DNA of 64,000 nucleotides, taken from contig NC_042999.1 in NCBI RefSeq assembly GCF_006345805.1, positions 141,422,001-141,486,000 of the forward strand. The letters are read 5' to 3'. Shown here piece after piece: positions 51,027-62,804 of the stretch; within the stretch, counting starts at the first letter, position 1; each line of letters starts with the position of its first letter. Position numbers and translations under genes: made by a program. The notes under the pieces were generated by a model, which was given only the letters and a program-made list of their open reading frames with translations, was not told the DNA's origin and made no database searches. Source of the stretch: Octopus sinensis (lineage: Eukaryota).

Positions 51027-51242
51027 TGTACAAATATTAGAAATTAACTTTTTAAATATAAAATTTAGAATAAAATCTTTTTAAAACTGACTCTACAAAA
51101 CAGTTTTTAAATGTGACAAACATTTCCCAGTTGGTGGCCAAAATACAAAACACTTCAGAGACTGGTTTGGTTTTACATTTTTTTTTTGTTATGTTAAGGT
51201 AGTTAAGTTCATATATCTCACATTTTCTTTTGAAAAGAATCT

Positions 51243-51348
51243 TTAAATTTCACTCATCAGTTTATTGGCTGCACTGCAAGTTAATTCTATTCCACTAGGT
51301 TCTACAAGTAGCTGCTTGACAATACCATTCTCAACAACCATGGCATAC
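51243..51348 (-). CDS. PRDX5: PRDX5 exon 6 (last coding, resolving Cys)
   Basis: TTTTTGCAG acceptor; (R)YAMVVENGIVKQLLVEPSGIELTCSAANKLMSEI*. Confidence 0.97.
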
Positions 51349-53119
51349 CTGCAAAAACAAATTAATGTACACAAAAAAACTGGGATTGATTCATTTGACT
51401 AAAATTTCTTTAAGGTGGTGCCCCAGCATGGCCACAGTCTAATGATGGTGTAAAAATAAAAAGGGTGTGTATATAAATTCATCTTCATGATTTTTGTGTA
51501 TGTGTGCAAAAGAAAGATCACAATACTCAGTAACTGAATGAAATTAGAATATGTAACATACAGGGACATCAAAGAGAGGCACCTTGTTCAAAGATCGTGA
51601 GAAAAACCAGAAAAGAGAAACAGTCAGCAGCTAAGTTACTATCGTGGATGGTTTATATTTGTGGGTAGCACTAAGGCTTACAAATAAAAGAATGAATCTG
51701 AGTCTCAAGATAACTACAAAGGAAAGGGGCTATCTTACACCTCTTACTCAAGTTCCGAAAATACTTCCGCAACATTGAATCTGGTCTCATATTTTCAAAT
51801 GGAGAAGTCACAATAGTAATCATCATTTAACATCCATTTTTCATGCTGGCATGGGTTGGACAATTTGACTAGATCCTATGAGTCACAAGGCTGCCTTGTG
51901 CTCCATGTCAGTTTTGGCATGGTTTCTAAGCTGGATACCCTTCCCAGCCAAGCACATTACAGTGTGTATTGGGTGCAATTTTTTGTGTAATTGGCCCTAG
52001 TGGAGTTGCCAAATAACTTGCAAGACAGGAAAGAACAAGGAAGGGAGATAAGGGAAAAGCCCTTTCAACTAAGTGGTAGGAGTATTTGAGAGGGTAGAGA
52101 GGTGATTTTATGCCAGGGACAAGCAGCACTGTCTTGCTATAGAGATATATAACTACTATAGGGGTGGATGGAGTATCCAGGAAAAAAGTTAAGACAGTAG
52201 TGATAGGATGCAAGAGCTAAACCCTCAAGAAGCAAGAGTTGACATTAGTAGTAGATAAGCAGGTGAAAATGGTTAACGATGGGGGTAGAGGTGAATGTAG
52301 TGAATGATGAACGCGAATTGAGGTATGACTTGATAAGAAATATCAGTATGGGCATCTAGAACAAACTTAATTGTTACAGTTTTGAGAGCTCTGAAAAATA
52401 AGCTGCTCCAAATCATACTGATAACCAGCTATAGAGTTTAAGAATACACAACTTCTTTAGGTTGTACTTTTTGGAATTTCTGGAATTATAAGGTATCGTG
52501 ATAATGTAATCAGATACACAAGGATAGATGGGTCTGTGTCGGCATGAGTGGAATGTAACAGCAACATTTTTACATCTGGTTTTATGTGCTGGCATAGGTG
52601 GGACTGACTGGTTTCAACACAGCACCTGCAGCCCTTTATCTTTGTGAGGGCCCTACATCCTGAATTAAGATTTCTCAATTTCTGTACATTTTTGGTTGCC
52701 TACTTTTCCAGATTCTTTCTTGCATGGTTTAACACTTTTTCACTCATCATTCTTCATGCAAATTAACATTGCACATCAGCAGGGCATGACTATCTCACTT
52801 CTTTCCAGCTTTCGTATATCCTCTATAAGCTGTGCTGATGTCTTGTGATATTGAAATATTGCACTACAAATACAAGCATCATACAGCCTATCCTCATTTA
52901 GAGGAAGAAGCCCTTTGATGCCAACATAGATAATATTTTCCCATTTACCTTGCTCAAGCTACTATACTATTGTTACTACTTCCACTGCTGATTAGATCCC
53001 TGAGGCAGCAGAAGCTGCCTACTGCTCCAAATAAACCTGTACTTTTGAAAGGTGTGTTACAAGAAGGAAGTGAGACTATTTTTAGATGAGGCTTTCACAG
53101 GTTTATGCTATAGACTTAC

Positions 53120-53175
53120 CGTTTTGATCGAACATTTCCTAGCACTGCTGAGAGGTCGATCTCAAGACCAAGAGC
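53120..53175 (-). CDS. PRDX5: PRDX5 exon 5
   Basis: TTTTAG acceptor; ALGLEIDLSAVLGNVRSK+CG; donor GTAAGT, phase 2. Confidence 0.96.
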
Positions 53176-54104
53176 CTAAAATGTAATAAGAAGAATAATA
53201 AGAATGATGACTGAATATTTTTTTTACTAAACACAAAGCCAGTTTTATTGATTGTGGCGGAATGAAAAATTGATCTGCCCCATTAATCATCATCATCATC
53301 ATCGTTTAGCATCCGCTTTCCATCTCACTGCTTTTTCTTTAGTTCAATGTTAAATGTTTATTATATTGGCTCAAGATAAAAATTTATACCAGAGAGCAAC
53401 AAGTACAGAATTGGTATGTATTTTATTAGTTCTGGCAAAGGAAGACAAAGCTGACCAGCATGCTGAGAGATGACAGTAAATCCTAGAAGGTTTTTAGTGT
53501 TCAAACTGTTAATATTTCGATTCTAATTTTAATATTATTACCCGGACAAATAGTCTTTATAGAGATATCAAACTTCAGTTTTATAACAGACAAAAAAAAT
53601 GAGACACTAAAACTTGTCTTTCTAAAAATGAAACTTCTAATAAAATATGGAACTCATATTTTTTGCCAAAGAAGATGGCAAATCTTTAAGAGGGTGGAAA
53701 TGTAACCAACTGAGCTATTTTACTGGAACTAACTTTCATTGATACTAAAAAGATCTAAGCACAAATATTTGAGACAGTTATAAATATAAGAGTGAATTAC
53801 AGTGGGGCAGTTTCATAATCCTTTCATTGAGCCATGAACAGACAGTGTGACTTTGAGCAAAACATTTAATTCTTAATGGCCTGGTCAACTTAGTTACAGA
53901 CAGGTTAATATGGGGATAATACAATCACTATTTCTGATCAGCTGCAGAACTGAATTCAGAGTTAATTTTAAGTATAGCTTGGAGAGAAATAAAGAGACTA
54001 AAAGTCTATTAGTGATATTTGGTGCTTACAAATAAAGTAGGTTTCACAGATATGACATCAAGAAGGTAACACTGAAAAAAAAAAAAAGAGAGAGAGAGAT
54101 TTAC

Positions 54105-54143
54105 CTTTGTAAATTCTGCTTGTATGTCTGCCAACATTCGTAT
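54105..54143 (-). CDS. PRDX5: PRDX5 exon 4 (39 nt)
   Basis: Long pyrimidine tract + TTTCAG; IRMLADIQAEFTK (cf. human VRLLADPTGAFGK); donor AAG|GTAAAT. Confidence 0.95.
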
Positions 54144-54410
54144 CTGAAATAAAAGAAAAAAAAATTTGTTGAATAATTTGTACTCAAAGAAACTTAGGGT
54201 TAGGGTTCCTTGAATGGTACATGAAAAGCCCCAATGGCCTTGACAAGGCAGAAATACATTTTTCTCTTTCTTTTGCATACCTCTCTGAAGGATTGTGGAT
54301 AGCTATCAAACAAAATGTGCCATACTTTAGGTCTTTCAGCAAAATGTTCTATATCTAATATTTCCTTGTTCAGAAGAACGTTTATGAACAATAGTGCTTT
54401 TTTATTGCTC

Positions 54411-55215
54411 AGCACAAGACCAACACCTGGATGTGGCTAAGAAAAAGTGAGCTGAAAGGATGCACTAAGGCGCCAATATGCAGTACTCAGGAACAAGCTC
54501 TGAGAACACATTACACCAAGTTCCAAATAGATAAAAGTGGTAAATCTCCCTTTTGTATGATGTTGTATGACATCAAAAATGAAATTGTTTCACATATTGT
54601 TAGTTAGCATAGCAAATTAGCTCAAAAGGGGTCATGATAACAAAGCTAGGTATGTTCATTGGAGATTGAGAAATATGACCTTGAAAGGACATTGAAATGG
54701 TATGATCGTTAACCAGCTGCCACTGAGAATAATGAGTATTAGATCTTGTGGAATTTTACAATCCAGTATGTTTCAGTGACTGATGTTTGGAGATTAGACA
54801 TTATTGTAGTAGATAAAATGATGAAGGAAATGAAGATCATAGATACTGCTGTACCAAGGGTGATAATGAACTGGAAAAGATGAAGTACAAGCCACTAAAA
54901 GATGAAATTGCACGAATGTGGGCTAAGGAAGAAAGTAACTGTCATCCCACTAGTTATAGGACACTAGGTGCATTAACAATCAGGTTTGAGAAATTTGTTA
55001 GAGAAAATGAGATTGACAGTAGAACATTCTCAGAAAACTGCTTTATTAGGAGTAGCAAAGATTTTGAGATTGGTACTTAGATGTTAAATATCATGGAAAG
55101 AGACTCTGTGAGACTCTTGACAACAAGTTGTCTGCTCTTATAAAATTAACCAAAGCAAGTGAAATTGACAGTTCTGAGAAATGAAATGGAAATAGAATAA
55201 TAATAATAATGATAA
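54411..55215 (+). mobile_element. R4/Dong-like RLE non-LTR retrotransposon 3' end with (TAA)n tail
   Basis: WMWLRKSELKG, QEQALRT, KILWNFTIQ, LDIIVVDK, IIDTAVP, MKYKPLKDEIARMW, LGALT; degenerate CCHC and PD..D-type nuclease region. Confidence 0.8.
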
Positions 55216-55224
55216 TCACTCACT

Positions 55225-55712
55225 CTCTGCAAACATATAGTTTAGTTGCTGCTATAAATAAATAGGATGCTTATTTACATTCGAGGATGACTCAGAGAAA
55301 AAATCATAAGCTAAGATCTTAGCATTATAACACAGTTTTATGTATATGTATATGAAATGTTTTTACCCTGTGTCTTCAATTTAGATCTGAATTTAATTTT
55401 CCTGACCTTGAATTTAAGTAATTTCTTGACAGAAACTTTTTCCCCCATGAGGTACAATCTCAATTTCACACTCTCTATTCATCTCTCTCTCTCTCTCCCT
55501 CCCCCTCTCTGCAAACATAGTTTTGCTGGCGCTATAAATAAATACGGTGTTTATTTACATTCCAGGATGTCTCAGAGAAAAAATTGTAAACTAAGATCTT
55601 AACATTGTAATACACAGATGTATGTATATCTGAATATATATTTGAAATATTTTTGCCATGTGCCTTAAATTTAGATTTGAATTTAATTTTCCTATCCTCA
55701 AATTTAATTAAT
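55225..55712 (+). repeat. Diverged tandem duplication of a ~200-bp unit (55225-55422 and 55504-55712)
   Basis: Both units read CTCTCTGCAAACAT...GCTATAAATAAATA...TTATTTACATTC...CTCAGAGAAAAAA...AATTTAGAT.TGAATTTAATTTTCCT. Confidence 0.8.
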
Positions 55713-56084
55713 TGGCCAGATGGCCAATCTAACCCACTTTGCTCCTAACATAACAGACCAAACCTGAAACCCATCCAATAGGCCCTACCCCTACCCACAA
55801 AATATCTCCCCCAAATAGATATGAACACATGTCAAGGAGGATGAACATTAGCACTCCATTTTGGAAGGTCATAGAAAGTGTTTGAAATCAATAATGACAA
55901 AGGTTATCCTACCAATTCAGTCAACTACAAGAACAAAAGCAGCGAAAATGATCAGAGACAGAAGTGTAATGATAGCAAAAAATTCACTGCAACTAAAGGA
56001 ACTAGTCAAAGAGAACAATAGCTTACAACAGTGCTACCACCGCCAATAACAATACAAGCAAATGATAATAATACTAATAATAAC

Positions 56085-56930
56085 ATGCCCTGGGTATGGC
56101 ATGAAACTGCATCTGGTTATGGCATCAGGACATGGGACGAACAAAGTTATCCTTAACCACAACTACCTTCAGGTCACTGTTGGGCAAAGTATAGTGCCTG
56201 TAAGCCCACCTTGAGACCTAGAAATACTAGGTTGGTGTCTGGCAGGGTGAAGCCTATCTCGTGGGAGGAGGGATCCCTTTAGCCTTGGTCAGAAATCCCT
56301 CTAGAGAAGGTGACTCAATAAAAACACCGATGGTTGTACCACCTCAACACCAAAATTCTCAGGAGTTAAAATGTCAAATACAAAGATATTAAACAATGAA
56401 TTGAACAAAACTGACACTAAAATCAATGTACATGAGGGTAGGAGTGGACTCTTGGAGCCTTGGCTAGCAACCCACCTAATCATGATAAAAGTACTGGCGA
56501 TTGCACAACCTTACAAATACTACCTCTAAATGAGTGATGTCAAAATTAAATAATAACCACAACTGCACTAATAGGATTGGAACTGATAACAGTGAAGGTG
56601 TTGCAGGCAGGGAGTATCTGATCAGGCTCTGGCAGGTCGTCATCAATCAGGACCAAAATCACAGTCAAAAGTGCAAAAGAAAAAGAATGAAATGGGAAAA
56701 AGATGAAAACAAAATATTAGAAGAATGCTGGCTGAGTAGTGAGCCAAATAAAAGAGGCTTCATGAATCGAATGAAGAGAATATGAGATGCAAAAAGAGGT
56801 TTGAAGCATCTGCCCAGTGACCGATAGACCAAGCAAGAGCAATCTGTAGGAATGACTGGATTATGGGAGTAGAGATTGAAGAAATTCAGAGAAACATGAT
56901 AAAAGAAAAGAACAGAAGGAGAGTGAAACA
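56085..56930 (+). mobile_element. R4/Dong-like element 5' portion
   Basis: KRKRMKWEKDENKILEECWLSSEPNKRGFMNRMKRI...EIEEI, a typical R4-clade N-terminus; begins right after a TAA-rich run. Confidence 0.7.
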
Positions 56931-56934
56931 GCAT

Positions 56935-57190
56935 GTAAAAAGTGCCAGTTACACGACACTGGGATCAGCATGACTACGATTTCACATGGCTTGATGGGTC
57001 TTCACGAGCATGGCATATCACCAAAGGTAACTTGTCATTGCCTCTGTGAGGCTCAACATTCGAAGATCATGCTTTCACCACCACGTCCCATGTTTTCCTG
57101 GGTCTACCTCTTCCACAGGTTCCATCCACTGTTAGAGTTTGGCACTTCTTCATACAGCTGTCCTCATCCAAATGCATCACATGACCATCT
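56935..57190 (-). mobile_element. RTE 3' fragment
   Basis: GTCATTGCCTCTGTGAGGCTCAACATTCGAAGATCATGCT...CCTGGGTCTACCTCTTCCACAGG, same family as 41425-42065. Confidence 0.8.
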
Positions 57191-57344
57191 ATATTAGCAC
57201 AAAATCAAACTTGTGTGGGACTGATATTGGTGATTAAATCAATCCTTTATACTATTCATTTAGTTTATTCAACCTAGACGGATATGAAGATAAATCTGAC
57301 ATTGGCAGTACTAACCATTGTTACATTGGTATAAGGCTCAAAAA

Positions 57345-57442
57345 CTTTCATAACAAATGGATCGTTGACTGCCACACAGTTAATAGATGTGATCCCTTTC
57401 TTTTTGAGTTCATTATGTTTTTCAATATAACCAGGCAAATGA
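57345..57442 (-). repeat. 98-nt duplicate of the PRDX5 exon 3 core (source 57808-57905) inside intron 3
   Basis: 97/98 identical by eye (one C/T difference at a CpG), same orientation, 463 nt offset. Confidence 0.95.
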
Positions 57443-57775
57443 ATAATCTATAACATAATGATTGAAGAAGTGGGACTGCATCCAATTTATTTTTGCCTCA
57501 TGTTATTAAAAAAGTCCTAACTTTGAAATTATAAATGAATATTAAAAAAATCTGTAAACCATAACATTTATTCGTATATCAGAAATAAATTATAATGCTT
57601 AATATCAAGTTCCTGAAACTTACCACAAAATTGGAAACCCCAGTCCAATGTAGCTTCCCAAAATATGGTGTGATATCATGACCTATATCTGGAAATGATT
57701 ATACTATTTTAAAGAAAAAAATATGTGACTATTGAATTACTCCAGATGCCATTCCAAATTAAATCAAAAGCTCAC

Positions 57776-57907
57776 CTTTCCTGTTGCATTATGGGTTTCA
57801 CCCCAAGCTTTCATAACAAATGGATCGTTGACTGCCACACAGTTAATAGATGCGATCCCTTTCTTTTTGAGTTCATTATGTTTTTCAATATAACCAGGCA
57901 AATGAGA
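57776..57907 (-). CDS. PRDX5: PRDX5 exon 3
   Basis: TTTTGCAG acceptor; 132 nt, SHLPGYIEKHNELKKKGIASINCVAVNDPFVMKAWGETHNATGK; donor AAG|GTGAGC. Confidence 0.97.
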
Positions 57908-58454
57908 CTGCAAAACCAAAAATATATGTTATTTTACATGTATCACTATATGTTAGTTAAAGATTTTTCAGATCATAAAAACTATATAAGCTATCGTTAA
58001 TTCAGCAATAAAGCAGTTGGCCATAGTTGATTATTTTGTGGCTAAAGGGTGAAAAACTGACATCCCAACCACCAGTGCTGCATTGTATCATTTAAAAAGA
58101 AACCTAATTATTAATGGCTCAACCAAGTGAGCTACTTATATAATATAGGGCTTACAGTAGTATTTCAGGAAGAGTTGGATGCACTTTTTGCAGGTTGAGT
58201 GAATATGTAGAGGCTTCCTTGCAAGGAACATATGTAGCCTGTACTATATCTATCAATACACACACATGAATGTATGTGCACATGTGTGTGTGTGAGAGGG
58301 GATGTAGGTATAGAGATTAAGATATATATATTCCTTGTTTGTTGAGTTCACAGGACTTCAACATCCTCATGCATGTTGGTGTGCAGCATTGAGAGTGATC
58401 ACCTTAAATACTTAGGGCACTTACTTTAGGACCTTCCAAATCAATCACTATTTT

Positions 58455-58620
58455 TTGCCATGTGCCCTATGTAAACTTTGGATGTACAAGAGACGTAGTG
58501 GGATCATAGGTAAGCTGTAGGACAAGGCCACCACATGTAGCAGTTGTACAAAAATAATTAATGGCAAGAACACCTATAAAATAAATTCTTTCAAATACAC
58601 AGAGGGCTTCTTGGAAGATT
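58455..58620 (+). mobile_element. RTE Cys-rich segment fragment
   Basis: CALCKLWMYKRRSGIIGKL*DK..TCSSC resembles 25860-26030. Confidence 0.6.
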
Positions 58621-58925
58621 TGTGAATGCTGGAAAGATATGAGGTGAGAAGGTTCCATTGGACATAGATGTTGGTTAGTGTGCATGAGTGGCAAATTACT
58701 AATGAACTAAGTGAAATATTTGATATAAGAAGAATCAGATGTAATTTATTTCATCAACTCTGAAAAGGTGAAGGGTAAAGGTGATCTCAGCAGCATTTGA
58801 ACTTAGAATGGAAAGAGCCAGGACAAACAGCCCAAAGTATTTTGTGATACCCTAATGAAGCTGCCAATTCACTACCTTCAACATATCTAATAATAATCCT
58901 TTCAAATAATAACAATAATCTTTTC

Positions 58926-58964
<39 letters not shown>
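58926..58964. repeat. (TAA)n microsatellite
   Basis: About 13 perfect units visible. Confidence 0.95.
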
Positions 58965-58965
<1 letters not shown>

Positions 58966-60683
58966 GGCACAAAGCCTGAAATTTTAGTGGAGAGGGCTGG
59001 TCAATTACATCAACTGCAGTGCACAACTGGTACTTATTTCATTGATCCCAAAAGTTAAGATGTTTTTATTATAAATCATTAAATAGTAAATATTTGCAGA
59101 GATAGCAAGAAATATGTGCTTTGAATCTCATCAAAAAGTTTAGCATATTTTAAATGAATTATTGTTTATAAATGTATACTTTGTGTATGAAAGTGTGTAC
59201 AAAGACCACTATTTTTCTGGTTTACTGATCTAGACCCTTAGTTCCCATAGGATTAAGCTACATGATATATCATTAAATGCCTGAGATTATTTGTTAATAA
59301 GATAATAATTTTCTGGATTATGAACCTCTTCTTCAGAGTGTGTATTTATATTTGCATCTGTTCTAGGTTCTGAATGGTTTGATTCACTTTCATACAAAGA
59401 ATCTTATTTCTGAGTATGCATAAGGTCCAGACAGGATTCAAACAACTCTTTTTATTATTCAACCTTTATTAGCAAATTAAAAGATAGTCCTTTTCTTATC
59501 AAGTAAACCACTGATGTGGGTATTAGGTAACATATCTTTGGGTATATACATGGTTACAAACAGGATTCAAAATAGGAACTTTCATTTCTGAATCAAAAGT
59601 AGTTATGTGCTTTTAGCCAAGTGACTAAGTATATTATTACACTTAGTTTAGAAATACAGTCTCCTAGTTTGAATCCACTCAGCAACCATATAAATATCCT
59701 GGGATAAACAATAACAAGTGCAATTGTGAATATTGTAAATCTATAGATAAGATTAATGGCTCATATGATAATTACTCTCTTGAACAAGATCCAAATCTTT
59801 GATAGCCTTATTTACTGGTAAACTGCATGTGCAGGATTTGAATTCTAGGTCAAAAGCCATAAAACACCACAAAACATTCAAGCACTTTAACACTTCACAT
59901 TAAGAGTGACACTTCTTCCTTATGTGATCCAAAACTGGTTTTATTTATAGATGAAACATTAGGTCAAACAATGTAAGGTTTGAATCACAGAACTATACTT
60001 AATCAAAATCAGTCACATGCAAACTACTACACTGTATCTGTGATACTAGATGTTTAATGATAACAATTTGCTGCATAATTTTCTCTATTACTGACCTCAT
60101 CAGGTGTATATGAAGATGAAGATTTTCAATGAATTATCTTGTGACAATTGTAACATTCATGACTTTCCTAATAGCAAAAGGCTTGGCAGTTAATTGGAAA
60201 TGGAAATAACACTACAGATATAGCTCTTCACTTAACAGCAGACAAGGACACATCATACACACACCCTAGCAACAATTTTATTTTGCAAATATAAACAAAA
60301 TTGAGCCCATACATGTAGTCTGGGAGTGAAATCAGTTTTCTAAACGATTTGACACAAAGTTCTGACATTAAAGGTTGCAAGGTTCAGTGGTTCTCTGAGT
60401 ATTTTCAATTGATTTAGTAAGAGTGCTGTAAACACTATATGAGCAGCAACTGGTGCACTAACAATGACAATGATTAGTTAAAAGAGTGGAGACAAAATAT
60501 GGAGAATAACATCCAGCCAAGTGGAACAAGTAGAGTTAGGTATATTGCTCAGAGGCACTAGTAAGAGTTAAACTTGTAGCCAGTCAGCAGTCAAGTATTT
60601 TAATCTTGGAGCCAATTCACCCCATATTACATACATCCTTTAAGCTATCAGATCTCTAGAAAATAAAACAAGAAGCAACTTAC

Positions 60684-60818
60684 TTCTGAACAAGTAGGAG
60701 TAAATGCACCTGGTACACCAAAAATAACATGCTTTCCACTACCAAACAGTTCACTAGAATTCAGTTTGGTGTTAGGGTTGTGTTCAAAGAGACTGGCACT
60801 GGGGATAGCATCACCAAC
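60684..60818 (-). CDS. PRDX5: PRDX5 exon 2 (peroxidatic Cys)
   Basis: TTATAG acceptor; 135 nt, VGDAIPSASLFEHNPNTKLNSSELFGSGKHVIFGVPGAFTPTCSE; donor GAA|GTAAGT. Confidence 0.97.
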
Positions 60819-61022
60819 CTATAATGTAAGAGAAAACAGTACAAATATACATGCGCACACATGAATATGTGAATATATATACCATCAGTAACTTTTTTTT
60901 CAGTTTTAATAATTTCATTATAAATATAAATCATTGTACTTTAATATTAGCATATATGGTGTTCTTATGGAGATGTAAAGTTACAAGTCATATTCATTGT
61001 TGTTGTTATTATTATTATTATT

Positions 61023-61430
61023 ATGGATCTTTTTGGTTTGAACGGCAGTTTTTTCTAGTGGTGTCATATGAAATTGTCACCCATAATTATGACCCTAGTA
61101 TCGATCTATTGCATTTCAATCTATTTTAGGGTTAGGGGAAAGGGTATCTTTTTTCTTCACAAATGTAAATAAACCCAATCTGTTTCTTAAATGAGGGACA
61201 TATTCATGTGGCACAGAATGTTGTTTACCTCAATGGACGTCAGTGATTGGTTGAAATTGCAGAAATTGAAGAAAAAAACAACAAATATCTTACAAACTAT
61301 AGAATTTTCTCAATAAAGCAGAGAGAAAAAGATGTTTTATAAACACATTCTACCAGTATAGGAAGTTGAAAAGTTTTTTAGTTACCTAGAAATTATGTTA
61401 AAAACTGCCGTTCAAACCAAAACGATCCAT
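61023..61430. mobile_element. MITE / non-autonomous DNA transposon with ~30-bp TIRs
   Basis: Left ATGGATCTTTTTGGTTTGAACGGCAGTTTT and right AAAACTGCCGTTCAAACCAAAACGATCCAT (1 mismatch); flanked by (TAT)n on both sides. Confidence 0.85.
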
Positions 61431-62804
61431 TATTATTATTCATAAGCAGGCAATTATCAATCCAAATGACAATTTTCTCACAAACTACTAGCTGTATAAT
61501 GATATTTATGAGAGTGCTAAGTTTTGTAGAGTGATCAATGATAAATTTCAGAGAGATTTCTAAATTTCTCACCCTGGTAGAGATTTAGAAATCACAAAAT
61601 GAAGGTATTTTGGGGCTTAGTTGATTTTCATAAATTTAATTAAGAGAACAGCAGCAATACATATTTAAAGTTCTTCTAGGCTGTAGAAGTGGATAAAGTT
61701 AGTTTAATGTTCATTATTTGAATTATTTGCAAGGCTAAAGTTGTAAGGAAAGGGAACTGCAGGAGAATCCATTGTTTAGAAAGTACTGCGAAATATTTCA
61801 GTGAGACAATATGAATTAAGAGAAATGAATAGAGAGAAGGAATGGTTGGCAAATATTCAGAGTGATACTGACAAAAGGCTTGCCTCTCAGATAAATAGCT
61901 ATTTCTTGAATGTATTCCAGAATGTGTGTAGAGGTCAGATATAGTTTTCTAGTGTTAAGCAAATCTGCCTATTGTATAAACTTAGTAACTGCTCAAGACT
62001 GATATATTTTTCTGGCTGTGAAGAGTAAGTCCATCCTTTGTGAAGTAGACTCGGTTTTTAGGAAGAATATGTGGTAAAGTGGGTTACTCTGAAGATTGTG
62101 AAAATATTGTAAGCTCTAGCGTCTGTAGGAACAAGTTACTTTTAGCTCTATAACAGATAATTCATTGTTGTGAATTTGTTCATATTTTTTAAACTTTTTT
62201 GTTGTTGTGAAGGGTTTTGATGAATGAAATAAGTTCCTATAGCAGTATCTGACAAATCTAGCTAAAACCTATGTTTAATAAGTAGTTATTAGATAAATAT
62301 ATAGTATTAAACTAAATATTTAGAAAGCAATATGTAAACACCATGAGTACACATTTGTCAAATACAGAAGAAAGACAGGTCTAAAGAGGTTTCATAAATT
62401 TGCTATGCAGTAGACAAATTATTCATTTTTCTTACATAAATTAGTTACACCCTTCTGAAATTAGGCCATTCTTGCTACCTTTATAGTTTGATTATTGATA
62501 ACTAAAATACAAAATAACAATACATCACATACATCCCAATAATTTAGTGGCAAAAGAGACTGATAGAATAAATACCAGGCTTAATAAAGGAAAAAATAAC
62601 TACTGGGGCGGATGCGCTCGACTAGAGTGTTTCTAAATAGTACTCCAGTATGACCGCAGTCTAAATGACTAAAATAAGTAAAAGATAAAAGATCTGTATG
62701 ATGTTTTTGCAATTGGATAAATATCAACAGAATTTTTAAACACGATTCACAGTGAAATCCTTGGCTCTTGCTATAATTTTGGTGCCACCTTAGCATCTGT
62801 TCAA

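Larger units (their letters stand above)
51243..60818 (-). other. PRDX5: Peroxiredoxin-5 gene (atypical 2-Cys), coding exons 2-6; exon 1 not identified
   Basis: Spliced 155 aa: VGDAIP...FGVPGAFTPTCSE|SHLPGY...NCVAVNDPFVMKAWG...GK|IRMLADIQAEFTK|ALGLEIDLSAVLGNVRSK|RYAMVVENGIVKQLLVEPSGIELTCSAANKLMSEI*. Peroxidatic Cys (TPTCS) and resolving Cys (LTCS) present; all introns GT-AG. Confidence 0.96.

Noticed and set aside
60080-60105. CTGATGAGGTC...GAGAAA hammerhead-like motif on the minus strand
   Set aside because: Stem II is mismatched, stems I and III are not evident, and there is no PLE context.
62479-62501. 23-nt minus-strand mini-exon ending ...NQTIK as PRDX5 exon 1
   Set aside because: TIK|VGD resembles human PIK|VGD and the acceptor is good, but the donor GTAGCA is poor and there is no Met; the true first exon probably lies beyond the window.
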